From a virus (taxonomy: Duplodnaviria > Heunggongvirae > Uroviricota > Caudoviricetes): a stretch of DNA of 35,529 bases. The DNA is taken from IMG/VR virus record IMGVR_UViG_2529292912_000010, one strand, 5' to 3'. Positions 13,443 through 27,607 of this stretch are shown piece after piece; within the stretch, counting starts at the first letter, position 1, and every line of letters begins with the position of its first letter. The notes beneath the pieces are model-generated. The model did not search any database and was not told the DNA's origin. It saw only the letters and a program-made list of their open reading frames with translations. The position numbers and the translations under genes were made by a program.

Positions 13443-16018
13443 CGTTCACCTCCGGAGAACAGACCACCATCGCGCATCTGTGCCTGAATTTCATCACGGG
13501 CACCTTTGCGGGCCATGTCATACACTGCCTTCATCATCTGTGGACCTGGCAGACCATTCGTACCGTCGTTCTGAATCACCACGTGATTGTTCTGATTAAA
13601 ATTAATGCCTTCAGCCCGCCGCATCTGCGCCGGACTTCCGGCACCGCCCACATAACCACCTTCCGCATAGCCCCGCATCAGGCGGTACAGGTTGCCGACA
13701 CCAATTCGGCTGGTTGCCTCCTTCGTGAAGACAAATTCACCACGGTGAACAATCCCCGCTGGCTCATATTTGCCGCCGGTTCCCGTAAATCCTCCGGTTG
13801 CAAAATGGAATTTCGCCGCAGCTGCCTGAATGGCTGTACCGCCTGATGCGGATGCGCCGCCACCAACAGCCCCGCCAATGGCGCTACCGATACTCCCGAC
13901 AATCCCCACCATTGCCTGCTTAAGCAGAATTTCTGTCATCATGGACAGCACGGAACGGGTGAAGCTGCGCCAGTTCTGCTCACTGCCGGTCAGCATCGCC
14001 GCCATATTCTGCGCAATACCATCAAAGGTCTGCGTGGCTGCACTTTTAACCTGCGACATACTGTCCGTGGCGCTCTCTTCCCACTCACTCCAGCCGGACC
14101 TGAGGCCTGCCATCCAGCTCCCGCGAAGCTGGTCTTCAGCCGCCCAGGTCTTTTTCTGCTCTGACATGACGTTATTCAGCGCCAGCGAATTATCGCCATA
14201 CTGTTCCTTCAGGCGCTGTTCTGTGGCTTCCCGCGCTGCCTGCCGGTCAGTAAGCCCCCGGTTTTTCGCCTCAATGGCTGCCCGTTTTGCCCGTTGTTGC
14301 TGTGCGAACTTATCCGCCTGCTGCGCCAGCGCGTTCAGGCGCTCCTGATACGTAACCTTGTCGCCAAGTGCAGCCAGCTGGCGTTTGTACTCCAGCGTCT
14401 CATCTTTATGCGCCAGCAGGGATTTCTCCTGTGCGGACAGCTGGCGACGTTGCGCCGCCTCCTCCAGTACCGCGAACTGACTCTCCGCCTTCCACAAATC
14501 CCGGCGCTGCTGGCTGATTTTCTCATTTGCTCCGGCATGCTTCTCCAGCGTCCGGAGTTCAGCCTGAAGCGTCAGCAGGGCAGCATGAGCACTGTCTTCC
14601 TGACGATCGCCCGCAGACACTTTCACGCCGGACTGTTTCGGCTTTTTCAGCGTCGCTTCATAATCCTTTTTCGCCGCCGCCATCAGCGTGTTGTAATCTG
14701 CCTGCAGGATTTTCCCGTCTTTCAGTGCCTTGTTCAGTTCTTCCTGACGGGCGGTATATTTCTCCAGCGGCGTCTGCAGGCGTTCGTAAGCCTTCTGCGC
14801 CTCTTCGGTATATTTCAGCCGTGATGCCTCAGACTCGGCCCAGTCCTTTGCTGCCATCTCTCTGGCCTTTTCAAGATCGGCCTGCAACGTGGCGGCTGAA
14901 AGCCCAAGTTGCGCATTCGCTCTGTCCTCCCATGCTCCCCGGAGATTGGCAAGAAATGCTGAGGTTTTACCGCGCCGGTGGCTCCGGCTCTGATACCACT
15001 GCCATTTTTTGTCCGCCTCATCAAAAGCCTTTTCTGCTTTCTCCAGCATTCCCTGGGCAGTGTCCGGGCGACCAATATCCAGCACCGAATCCCACATGGA
15101 TTTGAATGCCCGTGCTGTCCTGTCTGCCCTGGTCTCCAGCGTGCCCATGTTCTCTTTCAGGCGGCGGGTCTGGTCATCAAACCCTTTCGTTGCGGCCTCG
15201 TTCGCCGCCTGCAATGCCCCGGCTTCATCTCCGGAACGCTGCAACTGAGCAACATACGCAATCTGCTCCGCCGTCACGTTATGGAACTGACGTGCCATCG
15301 CTGTCAGTCCCGACGTCGGGTCTGTGGTCAGCTTCCCGAAGGCTTCAGCGACCTTGTCCACCTCCACGCCGGATGCAGAGGAGAAACGCGCCACACTCTG
15401 GCTGATCGCCTCAAACTGCTCACCACCACGCACACCGGCATTCACCAGCGCCGTCAGTGACTCGCTGGTCTGGTTAAACGTCAGCCCTGCCGCCTGCCCG
15501 GCTCTGGACAGGGCCAGAATACGATCTGCCGTCAGTCCCGCCTGATTGCCGGAAAGGACCAGCGTTTTGTTGAAATCGGACAGGGTTGAGTTGCCCTGAT
15601 ACCAGGCATACGCCAGCGCACCGGTCGCCACCGCCAGCGAGGTGGCCCCCACCATCGGCAGGGTGATCGCACCGGCAAGCCCCCTGAACATGGGGATCAT
15701 CCCGCCGAAGGAGTCCTTAACCTGACCACCCTGTTGCAGCAGGATCAGCCACGGACTTTGCCCGCCTGCAAGCTGCGTGGCCACGTCGGTGAACTGTGCA
15801 GGCAGCATACGCATGGCGGCTTTATACTGCCCGACGGAAATCCCCGCTTTCTGTGCAGCCAGCGCCTGTCGGCTCAGCGACTGTTCAACGACTGCCGCTG
15901 TTTTTTTCGCATCAGTTTCCGTACCGGAAAAATGACGCCTGACTCTGGCCATCTGCTCGTCAAATCTGGCCGCATCCAGACTTAAATCAACGACCAGATC
16001 GCCTACCGGTTCAGCCAT
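13439..16018 (-). CDS. H: Tail tape-measure protein H, 859 aa
   Basis: Long, largely alpha-helical, charged ORF with a Gly-rich hydrophobic segment near the C-terminus; N-terminus MAEPVGDLVVDLSLDAARFDEQ matches lambda H as recalled. Confidence 0.95.
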   Translation of the reverse strand: MAEPVGDLVVDLSLDAARFDEQMARVRRHFSGTETDAKKTAAVVEQSLSRQALAAQKAGISVGQYKAAMRMLPAQFTDVATQLAGGQSPWLILLQQGGQVKDSFGGMIPMFRGLAGAITLPMVGATSLAVATGALAYAWYQGNSTLSDFNKTLVLSGNQAGLTADRILALSRAGQAAGLTFNQTSESLTALVNAGVRGGEQFEAISQSVARFSSASGVEVDKVAEAFGKLTTDPTSGLTAMARQFHNVTAEQIAYVAQLQRSGDEAGALQAANEAATKGFDDQTRRLKENMGTLETRADRTARAFKSMWDSVLDIGRPDTAQGMLEKAEKAFDEADKKWQWYQSRSHRRGKTSAFLANLRGAWEDRANAQLGLSAATLQADLEKAREMAAKDWAESEASRLKYTEEAQKAYERLQTPLEKYTARQEELNKALKDGKILQADYNTLMAAAKKDYEATLKKPKQSGVKVSAGDRQEDSAHAALLTLQAELRTLEKHAGANEKISQQRRDLWKAESQFAVLEEAAQRRQLSAQEKSLLAHKDETLEYKRQLAALGDKVTYQERLNALAQQADKFAQQQRAKRAAIEAKNRGLTDRQAAREATEQRLKEQYGDNSLALNNVMSEQKKTWAAEDQLRGSWMAGLRSGWSEWEESATDSMSQVKSAATQTFDGIAQNMAAMLTGSEQNWRSFTRSVLSMMTEILLKQAMVGIVGSIGSAIGGAVGGGASASGGTAIQAAAAKFHFATGGFTGTGGKYEPAGIVHRGEFVFTKEATSRIGVGNLYRLMRGYAEGGYVGGAGSPAQMRRAEGINFNQNNHVVIQNDGTNGLPGPQMMKAVYDMARKGARDEIQAQMRDGGLFSGGER

Positions 16019-16451
16019 ACCGGACTCCTCCTGCGATCCCTTCTGATACTGTCATCAGCATTACGTCATCCTCCGTCATGTCCGCCACATCCGGGGAAGC
16101 GGGGATAACTTCATTCCCGTCCGGGCCAAAACGAACGCCTCCGGCAAGCCCTGCCGCTTTCTGCATCAGCACATCATCTTCAGGCTCTTCGTCAGCCTCG
16201 CGCCGGTTCAGCAGACTGAAATCCAGCGGATGCATATCCGGATCGCTGAAAAACAGGCTGAGCACGGTGTACGTCAGCCCGGAAAAGTGCATATCCAGCA
16301 GAACATCATGAAAATAATGGGTACTGTAAAAGCGGTGCCAGTCGGCATACTCCGTGGATGACATCCCGGCAAGCATGGCACGCCAGTCGGGTCGCCCCAT
16401 CTCGCGCGCCAGTTTCAGGGCAAAACTCAGCTCACCGTCGAACACTTTCCC
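16011..16451 (-). CDS. T: T portion of the tail assembly chaperone G-T fusion, expressed by -1 frameshift from G
   Basis: The -1 frame stays open from the slippery site to 16011 with no independent ATG or ribosome-binding site (ORF track start is a GTG at 16445); same arrangement as lambda G/G-T. Confidence 0.8.
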   Translation of the reverse strand, partial: GKVFDGELSFALKLAREMGRPDWRAMLAGMSSTEYADWHRFYSTHYFHDVLLDMHFSGLTYTVLSLFFSDPDMHPLDFSLLNRREADEEPEDDVLMQKAAGLAGGVRFGPDGNEVIPASPDVADMTEDDVMLMTVSEGIAGGVRYG

Positions 16452-16849
16452 GCAGAAACAGGCTCTGCAGGCCCGGCGTCCTCTGTCTGTTCAGGAGCAT
16501 CATTCACCACAAACTCATACATACCGGACAGCCGGTACACCACGTTTTCAGCATGAGAAATTGCCTCCGTGGGCCAGGTGGTAAGCACTTCCTGCTCAAT
16601 CTGTTTAACGGCTTCATTCATGGAAGGCATCTGCGTCTTCTGCGGATGGTTATGCCACAGGGACATCGCCACCAGAAACGCGCCGGTTCTGATGGCGTCT
16701 TCCACAGTAAACTTCCGGTTGCTGTCTGACTCCGCCTGTTCTGCCTGCCGTTTCATCAGGGCGAGATGCTCAATACGCTGCAGGGCTGACAGTTCAGAAA
16801 GCGTGACGGTCACACCGTTATGTTCAAATGATTCGGTTTTCAGGAACAT
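16427..16849 (-). CDS. G: Tail assembly chaperone G, 140 aa
   Basis: 140-aa ORF (MFLKTESFEHNGVTVTLSELSALQ) upstream of the tape-measure gene, ending with the slippery site. Confidence 0.9.
   Translation of the reverse strand: MFLKTESFEHNGVTVTLSELSALQRIEHLALMKRQAEQAESDSNRKFTVEDAIRTGAFLVAMSLWHNHPQKTQMPSMNEAVKQIEQEVLTTWPTEAISHAENVVYRLSGMYEFVVNDAPEQTEDAGPAEPVSAGKCSTVS
16445..16451 (-). other. Programmed -1 ribosomal frameshift slippery heptamer G GGA AAG (G to G-T)
   Basis: Minus strand reads GCG GGA AAG TGT in the G frame, six codons before the G stop; the -1 frame continues GGG AAA GTG TTC GAC into T. Confidence 0.8.
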
Positions 16850-16864
16850 CGCTGACTCTCCGGA

Positions 16865-17605
16865 TTAACTGGCGGTGACGTTGATTTCTGCAACCGCAGC
16901 AAGTTCACCATTACCGGATACGACCGGAATGTTGACCTTGCCTGCAGCAACACCTTTCACGGTGATGGTCATACCACTGACCGACACGGTGGCTTTTGTT
17001 TTATCCGCTGACACCGCACGGAAGCTCTTGTCGGTTGCGCCTTCCGGCTGGAATGCCACGGTCAGCGTGGTGCTCTTCCCTTTCACTACGGAAGCGCTGG
17101 CTGGCGTCACGGTCATACCGGTTGCCGCTGTTACCGTGCTGCGATCTTCTGCCATCGACGGACGTCCTACGTTGGTGACTTTCACCGTGCGGGTGATCAC
17201 GTCCTTCGCCGTCACAGCCTTACCGATACTGCTGACCCAGCCGCGGAACACATCGACCGTGCCGTTCGGGAAGCGGATTTTATAGGCACGGGTATCACCT
17301 TCATTAAACCACGCCAGCAGCGCCTGCTGCCCCTGCTCTCCGGGCATCCACGCCAGCGTGAAGCTGGTATCTCCGGCAGATTTCTGCCCCTGTCCGGTCG
17401 CGGTCCAGTCCGCATCTTCATCATCGAGATAACTGTCGTCATAGGACTCAGCGGTCAGTTCGCCGGGCGTCAGGTCTTTAACCTTTGCCAGACGCGACCA
17501 GTCATTGTCTGAAAGCGGGTTTGCATAAGGGTCGCCGCTCCCGTTATAAACCCACAGTGTGGTCCCGGCCCCTTTCACCGGTGCCAGAGGATTTGGTGTT
17601 GGCAT
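16865..17605 (-). CDS. V: Major tail tube protein V, 246 aa, with C-terminal Ig-like domain
   Basis: Start placed at the internal ATG ([14 protein letters not shown]) preceded by a GAGGA Shine-Dalgarno; ORF track extends 10 codons further upstream. Confidence 0.9.
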   Translation of the reverse strand: MPTPNPLAPVKGAGTTLWVYNGSGDPYANPLSDNDWSRLAKVKDLTPGELTAESYDDSYLDDEDADWTATGQGQKSAGDTSFTLAWMPGEQGQQALLAWFNEGDTRAYKIRFPNGTVDVFRGWVSSIGKAVTAKDVITRTVKVTNVGRPSMAEDRSTVTAATGMTVTPASASVVKGKSTTLTVAFQPEGATDKSFRAVSADKTKATVSVSGMTITVKGVAAGKVNIPVVSGNGELAAVAEINVTAS

Positions 17606-17612
17606 ATCGTCC

Positions 17613-18008
17613 TCACATTTCATAGGTAATGACATAAGTCAGATCGGCTGAACTCCACAGGCCCGCATCATCGTCGCGCCGGTAGTCATAGCCACTGGCC
17701 ACCATACTGGTGATCAAATCTGACAGTGCCGGGATATCGCTCATCACCGGATAAATCCGGGACTCCATCCACGAATCCAGCTCTGAATCCGGCACCTGAG
17801 CAGGCAGGAAAACTTCAATATGCAGCTCCGCCTGCCAGGTATCGCTGTCCAGCTCTTCGCCCGTGTATTCAGCGCCGGTGAGATAAACGGCAATTGCCGG
17901 AAAATCTTCCTCATCAAAAACAGCGGGGCGACCATCAAAAAGCGTCGCCCCGGTGTCATGCTTCTCCAGTGCATCCAGTACGGCTGCACGGAGTTCAGTA
18001 TGTTTCAT
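17613..18008 (-). CDS. U: Tail terminator protein U, 131 aa
   Basis: 131 aa as lambda U; start overlaps the Z stop. Confidence 0.9.
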   Translation of the reverse strand: MKHTELRAAVLDALEKHDTGATLFDGRPAVFDEEDFPAIAVYLTGAEYTGEELDSDTWQAELHIEVFLPAQVPDSELDSWMESRIYPVMSDIPALSDLITSMVASGYDYRRDDDAGLWSSADLTYVITYEM

Positions 18009-18583
18009 CGCTTTATTACCATCCTCAGTTGATGCTGCAGCGCATAGCCCAGCTCTTTCGGAAGACGTTCACGCCGTATCCGCTCAATATTTTGTTTAAA
18101 CGCCGTGGTCAGCGGCACCGCCATCGGGATTTTCACCACATCAATGGGGTAACGGTTTTTCCCGGCCACACGCTGCATGACATGCCAGCGGCCATTTTTC
18201 AGTTGCTGAATAAACGCGCCGGGAATACGACGGTTTCCCACCACAAGCACGCTGCCGCCACCTTTCAGGACTGAACGCTGCCCCTTTTTACGACGCCTGC
18301 GTCGGGACAGGACAATCCGCGCGTTACCCAGCTTTATTACGGGCAAATCCCCCCGGTTAACCCTGATTCTGGCCTGCGGATTTTTGACCGTGGCCCTTTT
18401 CAGCCTGGCCCTTTCCTTTACCAGTTTCCGGCGTACCTTTGTCTCACGGGCAACCTGTGACTCCGACTGCGATATCGCGGATGAAGCAACGCGGTTAATG
18501 GCCATTGCGGCGGCACCGGGCACCGCCGTTCTGCTGATACGGCTGAGGTTTTCAACGGCCTGCTCAAGACCTTTTATGGCCAT
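18005..18583 (-). CDS. Z: Tail completion protein Z, 192 aa
   Basis: 192 aa as lambda Z; basic Arg-rich central region. Confidence 0.9.
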   Translation of the reverse strand: MAIKGLEQAVENLSRISRTAVPGAAAMAINRVASSAISQSESQVARETKVRRKLVKERARLKRATVKNPQARIRVNRGDLPVIKLGNARIVLSRRRRRKKGQRSVLKGGGSVLVVGNRRIPGAFIQQLKNGRWHVMQRVAGKNRYPIDVVKIPMAVPLTTAFKQNIERIRRERLPKELGYALQHQLRMVIKR

Positions 18584-18594
18584 ACATCCCCCTT

Positions 18595-18948
18595 TCAGCG
18601 GCGACGGTTAACGGCAGGCGGTACGCCCCGCCCAAGCCAGAGATGACAGCTTCCGCCATCATCCGGCGAAATCCGGTCTATCCAGAAGTTTTCCTCACCG
18701 ATGGTCAGCGTGTCGCCGCGCCGCAGCTGCCGCACATCATCAGTCCGGACAAACAGGGACGGGCTGGAGCCTTCAACGCGTACGCCCTGTCCGGCATAGC
18801 TGATATTTTCAGGGTCATCAAAAACACCACGTATTACTGCGCCGGACTGCTCACCGGATGTCATGGTGGCTGACGTTCCCATGTACCCGCGTATCGTTTC
18901 ATCGGCGCAGGCAATGGCAGCATCGAACAGGTTATCGAAATCAGCCAC
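18595..18948 (-). CDS. FII: Head-tail joining protein FII, 117 aa
   Basis: 117 aa, position between FI and Z. Confidence 0.9.
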   Translation of the reverse strand: MADFDNLFDAAIACADETIRGYMGTSATMTSGEQSGAVIRGVFDDPENISYAGQGVRVEGSSPSLFVRTDDVRQLRRGDTLTIGEENFWIDRISPDDGGSCHLWLGRGVPPAVNRRR

Positions 18949-18959
18949 AGCGCCTCCCG

Positions 18960-19355
18960 TTATTGCATTCTGGCCAGGCCGCGCTCTGTCATTTCAGCTG
19001 CCACACCGGCAGAGACACGGAACGCCGTTCCCGGCAGCACAAATGCCACAGCCTCATCCCGCGTGGCGTGAAGTGCATCAGTATGCAGCGTCACCAGTGC
19101 CACAACCGTGACCAGAGCAGCCGTATCAGTCACGGTATCCGTCTGTGCTGATACCACCTCATTTTCATGTCCGGTCAGTGCATTTTCCGGGCTGACAGAC
19201 GTGTCCTGACCGGCTGCGTCATCCGTGTCATCAAGCTCCTCTTCCAGCTCTGCCACACGGAGCGCCAGTTCTTCTTTCGTCCCCGTCAGGCTGACATCAC
19301 GGTTCAGTTGCTCACCCAGCGACCGGAGACGGGCAATCAGTTCATCTTTCGTCAT
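18960..19355 (-). CDS. FI: DNA packaging/head assembly protein FI, about 131 aa
   Basis: Start placed at MTKDELIARL, preceded by a GGAGGAG Shine-Dalgarno; ORF track extends 13 codons upstream. Confidence 0.85.
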   Translation of the reverse strand: MTKDELIARLRSLGEQLNRDVSLTGTKEELALRVAELEEELDDTDDAAGQDTSVSPENALTGHENEVVSAQTDTVTDTAALVTVVALVTLHTDALHATRDEAVAFVLPGTAFRVSAGVAAEMTERGLARMQ

Positions 19356-19396
19356 GAACTCCTCCACAGAGAGAAAATGGCCCCGAAGGGCCACGA

Positions 19397-20422
19397 TTAC
19401 GCCAGTTGTACGGAAACGAACTCATCAGGGTCAGCCAGCAGCATCAGCGGTGCTGACTGAATCATGGTGAACTCACGCGCCGGATCGCCGGTGGTCACCC
19501 AGTTTTTCGGGTAACGGGCAGAGGCGTTAATGCCTTCGCGCTGTGCGTCCGCATCCTGAATGCAGCCATAGGTGCGCAGACCGCGAGCCTGAGTGTTCCC
19601 CAGCACCATCGTGTTGTCCGGCAGGAAGTTCTTTTTGACGCCGTTTTCCACGTACTGTCCGGAATACACGACGATGGCCACATCGCCATACATTCCCTTA
19701 TAGGACACCGCTTTGCCCAGGTCTTTTACCGCTGTCTCCAGCTCGGAATGAGAGCCGCGACGGGTATCCAGCTTCTCCTTGACGGCTTTGAAGGAACGGA
19801 ACAGCGCCCAGCCTTTCGGATCGAACACGATGATATTCACCACGCCGCTGGCGTTCAGCGCGTAGGCTTCGATATCGTCGGTCGGGTCATACGTGGACTT
19901 GTCACGCTTGCTCCACTCCGTGCCGCCGGACTGCGTGATGTTGTTCGCCGCACTGCGGCCCATATCCACCTCAACCGGATCGAAGGCTTCACCGGTCATG
20001 GTGTATTTGCCCTTGAGCACGGCAGAAACGGCCTGCATCTCTTCAACCTGAGCAATGGCCAGCTCTTCGTCTCGCATGTTCTGCATGATGATGCGACGGC
20101 GGCGGTAAGCCGGGTCCGCCAGATTCTGTGGATCTTCATCCGGCAGGCGACGCAGGGTCATCTGCGGATTCACCTCATGCTTCGGCTTGACATATCCCGG
20201 TGTAAATTCAGAGGTGGAGCCGCCACGGGAGCGGATAACCTCACCGGAAACAATCGGCGAAACGTACAGCGCCATGTTTACCAGTCCCGGAATTTGTGAG
20301 AGATAGACTTTCTCCGTGGTGAAGGGATAGCTCTCACGGAAAAAGAGACGCAGAAACAGCGGATCAAACTTAAATTTCTGCTCATTTGCCGCCAGCAGCT
20401 GGGCGGTTGTGTACATCGACAT
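19397..20422 (-). CDS. E: Major capsid protein E (HK97 fold), 341 aa
   Basis: Start at MSMYTTAQLLAANEQ; ORF track extends 9 codons upstream; ends ...DPDEFVSVQLA as recalled for lambda E. Confidence 0.95.
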   Translation of the reverse strand: MSMYTTAQLLAANEQKFKFDPLFLRLFFRESYPFTTEKVYLSQIPGLVNMALYVSPIVSGEVIRSRGGSTSEFTPGYVKPKHEVNPQMTLRRLPDEDPQNLADPAYRRRRIIMQNMRDEELAIAQVEEMQAVSAVLKGKYTMTGEAFDPVEVDMGRSAANNITQSGGTEWSKRDKSTYDPTDDIEAYALNASGVVNIIVFDPKGWALFRSFKAVKEKLDTRRGSHSELETAVKDLGKAVSYKGMYGDVAIVVYSGQYVENGVKKNFLPDNTMVLGNTQARGLRTYGCIQDADAQREGINASARYPKNWVTTGDPAREFTMIQSAPLMLLADPDEFVSVQLA

Positions 20423-20477
20423 AAAAAAATCCCGTAAAAAAAGCCGCACAGGCGGCCTTTAGTGATGAAGGGTCAGG

Positions 20478-20810
20478 TTAAACGATGCTGATTGCCGTTC
20501 CGGCAAACGCGGTCCGTTTTTTCGCCTCGTCGCTGGCAGCCTCCGGCCAGAGCACATCCTCATAACGGAACGTGCCGGACTTGTAGAACGTCAGTGTGGT
20601 GCTGGTCTGGTCAGCAGCAACCGCAAGAATGCCAACGGCAGCACCGTCGGTGGTGCCATCCCACGCAACCAGCTTACGGGTGGAGGTGTCCAGCATCAGC
20701 GGGGTCATTGCAGGCGCTTTCGCACTCAATCCGCCGGGCGCGGTTGCGGTATGAGCCGGGTCACTATTGCCCAGCGGCTGGTAATGGGTAAAGGTTTCTT
20801 TGCTCGTCAT
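20478..20810 (-). CDS. D: Capsid decoration protein D, 110 aa
   Basis: [12 protein letters not shown]... matches lambda gpD as recalled. Confidence 0.9.
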   Translation of the reverse strand: MTSKETFTHYQPLGNSDPAHTATAPGGLSAKAPAMTPLMLDTSTRKLVAWDGTTDGAAVGILAVAADQTSTTLTFYKSGTFRYEDVLWPEAASDEAKKRTAFAGTAISIV

Positions 20811-20819
20811 AAACATCCC

Positions 20820-21215
20820 TTACACTGGTGTGTTCAGCAAATCGTTAACGGCATCAGATGCCGGGTTACCTGCAGCCAGCGGTGCCGGTGCCCCCTGCAT
20901 CAGACGATCCAGCGCAGTGTCACTGCGCGTCTGTGCACTCTGTGGTGCTGCGGCCAGAATACGGCGGGCCGTTTCCACGGTCATACCGGGGGTTTCGGCC
21001 AGCACGCGTGCCTGTTCTTCGCGTCCGTGAGCCTCCTCACAGTTGAGGATCCCCATAATGCGACTGTTTTCTGCCGCAACCGCTGCGGTGATCTGCGCGT
21101 TCACGTCCGGCTGCGCCGCGCTGGCGTTCTCGCCCTCCGTCGCTTGCACCACGCCAGTAACGTCAGCCTGCGAAGCAGTGGCTGAAACAGTTGTTGATTG
21201 AGTCTCTTTGGTCAT
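20820..21215 (-). CDS. nu3: Scaffolding protein Nu3, nested in-frame in the 3' third of C, 131 aa
   Basis: Internal ATG (MTKETQSTTV) preceded by an AGGAGG Shine-Dalgarno inside the C frame; exactly 131 aa to the shared stop. Confidence 0.8.
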   Translation of the reverse strand: MTKETQSTTVSATASQADVTGVVQATEGENASAAQPDVNAQITAAVAAENSRIMGILNCEEAHGREEQARVLAETPGMTVETARRILAAAPQSAQTRSDTALDRLMQGAPAPLAAGNPASDAVNDLLNTPV

Positions 21216-22119
21216 TCGCCCTCCTGAGAGACGGGATTTACGTGCATCCAGTGCATCACGCATGACGGTGATCGCATCGGTGCTGTTAACAAGTTCATCA
21301 GCCAGTCCGGCATCAATGGCCTCCTGACCGCTGTACACTGCAGCCTCGGTATCCAGCACAGCCTGCACGGACAGGCCGGTATATGCCGACACCATCTGCG
21401 CAAACATCCGGCGGGTTGCGTCCATCCGGGACTGCAGTGTCTCCCGGACGTCATCCGGAAGATGGCTGTAGGGGTTGCCATCCACCTTATGGCTGCCGCT
21501 GTAAATCAGCGTGATTTCCACACCCTGTTTCTCCAGCGCAGCACCGTAATTACTGTGAGCCATCATGACGCCGATGGAGCCTGTCCGGGCGGTCTGCGTG
21601 ACCAGACGCCGGGAGGCGGCACTGGCAAGCAACTGACCTGCACTGCAGTTCATGTCGTTGGCAAGCGCCCATACCGGTTTTATGTCACGCACACGGGCGA
21701 TGATGTCAGCGCAGTCAAATGCCCCCGCCACCATCCCGCCGGGCGTGTCCATATCGAGCAGAATGCCGTCCACCATCGGGTCGCTGGCAGCCTGTTGCAG
21801 ACGGGCGATAATGCCGTTGTAACCGGTCATCCCCGAATACGGCTGCAGCGCTCGCGTCCGGCTGACCAGCGTGCCGGACACCGGCAGCACGGCGATGCTG
21901 TTCATGACCTGATAACTGCGGGCCTGTCGTGGTCCGTCATCATCACCGGATAACGCCAGCGTCGCGGGTGCCTCTCCGGCAGCTAGGCTGTCACCGGACA
22001 CCGCATCCGTCAGGCGGCTGATCCCAAGCTGGCTTGCAAGCGCACAAAAGAAAACCCGCGCATAGGCGGGTTCAAGCATCAGCGGCTCATTAAAGGCCAT
22101 GCTGGCAATATGCGGGAGA

Positions 22120-22139
<20 letters not shown>
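20820..22139 (-). CDS. C: Prohead protease / minor capsid protein C (ClpP/S49-like), 439 aa, GTG start
   Basis: GTG start at 22137-22139 gives the 439-aa lambda C length; start overlaps the 3' end of B by 20 nt. Confidence 0.9.
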
Positions 22140-25820
<3,681 letters not shown>

Positions 25821-25846
<26 letters not shown>

Positions 25847-26366
25847 TCAGCAACCCCGGTATCAGTTCATCCAGCGCGGCTGCTTTGTTCATGGCTTTGA
25901 TGATATCCCGTTTCAGGAAATCAACATGTCGGTTTTCCAGTTCCGGAAAACGCCGCTGCACCGACAGGGGGATCCCGTCGAGAATACTGGCAATTTCACC
26001 TGCGATCCGCGACAGCACGAAAGTACAGAATGCGGTTTCCACCACTTCAGCTGAGTCTCTGGCATTCTTCAGTTCCTGTGCGTCGGCCTGCGCACGCGTA
26101 AGTCGATGGCGTTCGTACTCAATAGTCCCTGGCTGGAGATCTGCCTCGCTGGCCTGGCGCAGTTCTTCAACCTCCCGGCGCAGCTTTTCGTTCTCAATTT
26201 CAGCATCCCTTTCGGCATACCATTTTATAACGGCGGCAGAGTCATAAAGCACCTCATTACCCTTGCCACCGCCTCGCAGAACGGGCATTCCCTGTTCCTG
26301 CCAGTTCTGAATGGTACGGATACTCGCACCGAAAATGTCAGCCAGCTGCTTTTTGTTGACTTCCAT
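25821..26366 (-). CDS. nu1: Terminase small subunit Nu1, 181 aa
   Basis: 181 aa; N-terminal winged helix-turn-helix region (MEVNKKQLADIFGASIRTIQNWQEQGMP); immediately downstream of cos. Confidence 0.95.
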
Positions 26367-26543
26367 TGTTCATTCCACGGCCAAAAACAGAGAAAGGAAA
26401 CGACAAAGGCCCAAAAGCTCGTTTTCAGCACCTGTCGTTTCCTTTCTTTTCAGGGGGTATTTTAAATAAAAACATTAAGTTACAACGAAGAAGAACGGAA
26501 ATGCCTTAAACCGGAAAATTTTCATAAATAGCGAAAACCCGCG

Positions 26544-26555
26544 AGGTCGCCGCCC
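26544..26555. other. cosN cohesive-end site (12-nt GGGCGGCGACCT, read on the minus strand)
   Basis: Forward strand reads aggtcgccgccc. Flanking sequence on the Nu1 side (cosB with the GGAAACGACAG inverted repeat) and on the far side (cgtaacctgtcggatcgccggaaag) matches the lambda cos region from memory. Confidence 0.85.
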
Positions 26556-26754
26556 CGTAACCTGTCGGATCGCCGGAAAGGACCCGCAAAATGATAATAA
26601 TTATCATCTGCATGTCACAACGTGCATCTACGCCATCAAACCACGTCAAATAATCAATTATGACGCAGATATCGTATTAATTGATCTGCATCAACTTAAC
26701 GTAAAAACAACTTCAGACAATACAAATCAGCGACACTGAATACGGGACAACCTC

Positions 26755-26988
26755 ATGTCAACGAAGAACAGAACCCGCAGAACAACAACCCGCAACATCC
26801 GCTTTCCTAACCAAATGATTGAACAAATTAACATCGCTCTTGAGCAAAAAGGGTCCGGGAATTTCTCAGCCTGGGTCATTGAAGCCTGCCGCCGGAGACT
26901 GTGCTCAGAAAAAAGAGTTTCTTCTGAAGCAAACAAAGAAAAGAGTGACATTACTGAATTGCTCAGAAAACAGGTCAGACCAGATTGA
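26755..26988 (+). CDS. ynfO: Small prophage protein, 77 aa
   Basis: Basic, Cys-containing 77-aa ORF just beyond cos, in the position of ynfO in Qin-type prophages (recollection). Confidence 0.55.
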   Translation: MSTKNRTRRTTTRNIRFPNQMIEQINIALEQKGSGNFSAWVIEACRRRLCSEKRVSSEANKEKSDITELLRKQVRPD

Positions 26989-27030
26989 AGCAATTTAGAT
27001 AATCGTGCAGACTACGCCCCCTCATATCAC

Positions 27031-27456
27031 ATGGAAGGTTTATCTATGGATCAGGTAGTCATTTTTAAACAAATATTTGATAAAGTTCGAAACGATTTAA
27101 ACTATCAATGGTTTTATTCTGAGCTAAAACGTCACAATGTCTCACATTACATTTACTATTTAGCCACAGAGAATGTTCATATTGTATTAAAAAATGATAA
27201 TACAGTGTTATTAAAGGGCCTAAAAAACATTGTGTCTGTCAAATTTTCAAAGGATAGGCATCTTATAGAAACGACCTCTAATAAGCTGAAATCCAGAGAG
27301 ATCACATTTCAGGAATACAGAAGAAACCTTGCTAAAGCAGGAGTTTTTCGGTGGGTTACAAATATCCACGAACAAAAAAGATATTACTATACCTTTGATA
27401 ATTCATTACTATTTACTGAAAGCATCCAGAAAACTACACAGATCTTACCACGCTAA
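27031..27456 (+). CDS. ydfO: DUF1398-family prophage protein, 141 aa (alternative start at 27046)
   Basis: [19 protein letters not shown]...; gene order after ynfO matches Qin; function unknown. Confidence 0.6.
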
Positions 27457-27607
27457 ACCATAACGTCCGGCTTCTCTCACTCCTGAGCCGGACTGCATTG
27501 GTTTAATAAAAACCATCAACAATTGTGATTTAGATATTCGGAACCATTCAAATATAACAAAACCCCGTAAAAACGAGGTTTATGGATAAATTTTATTATT
27601 GAATACA

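Noticed and set aside
13583-15545. Several 70- to 190-aa ORFs antisense to or out of frame with the tape-measure gene H
   Set aside because: All embedded in H; no start context; the protein-like signal is in the H frame.
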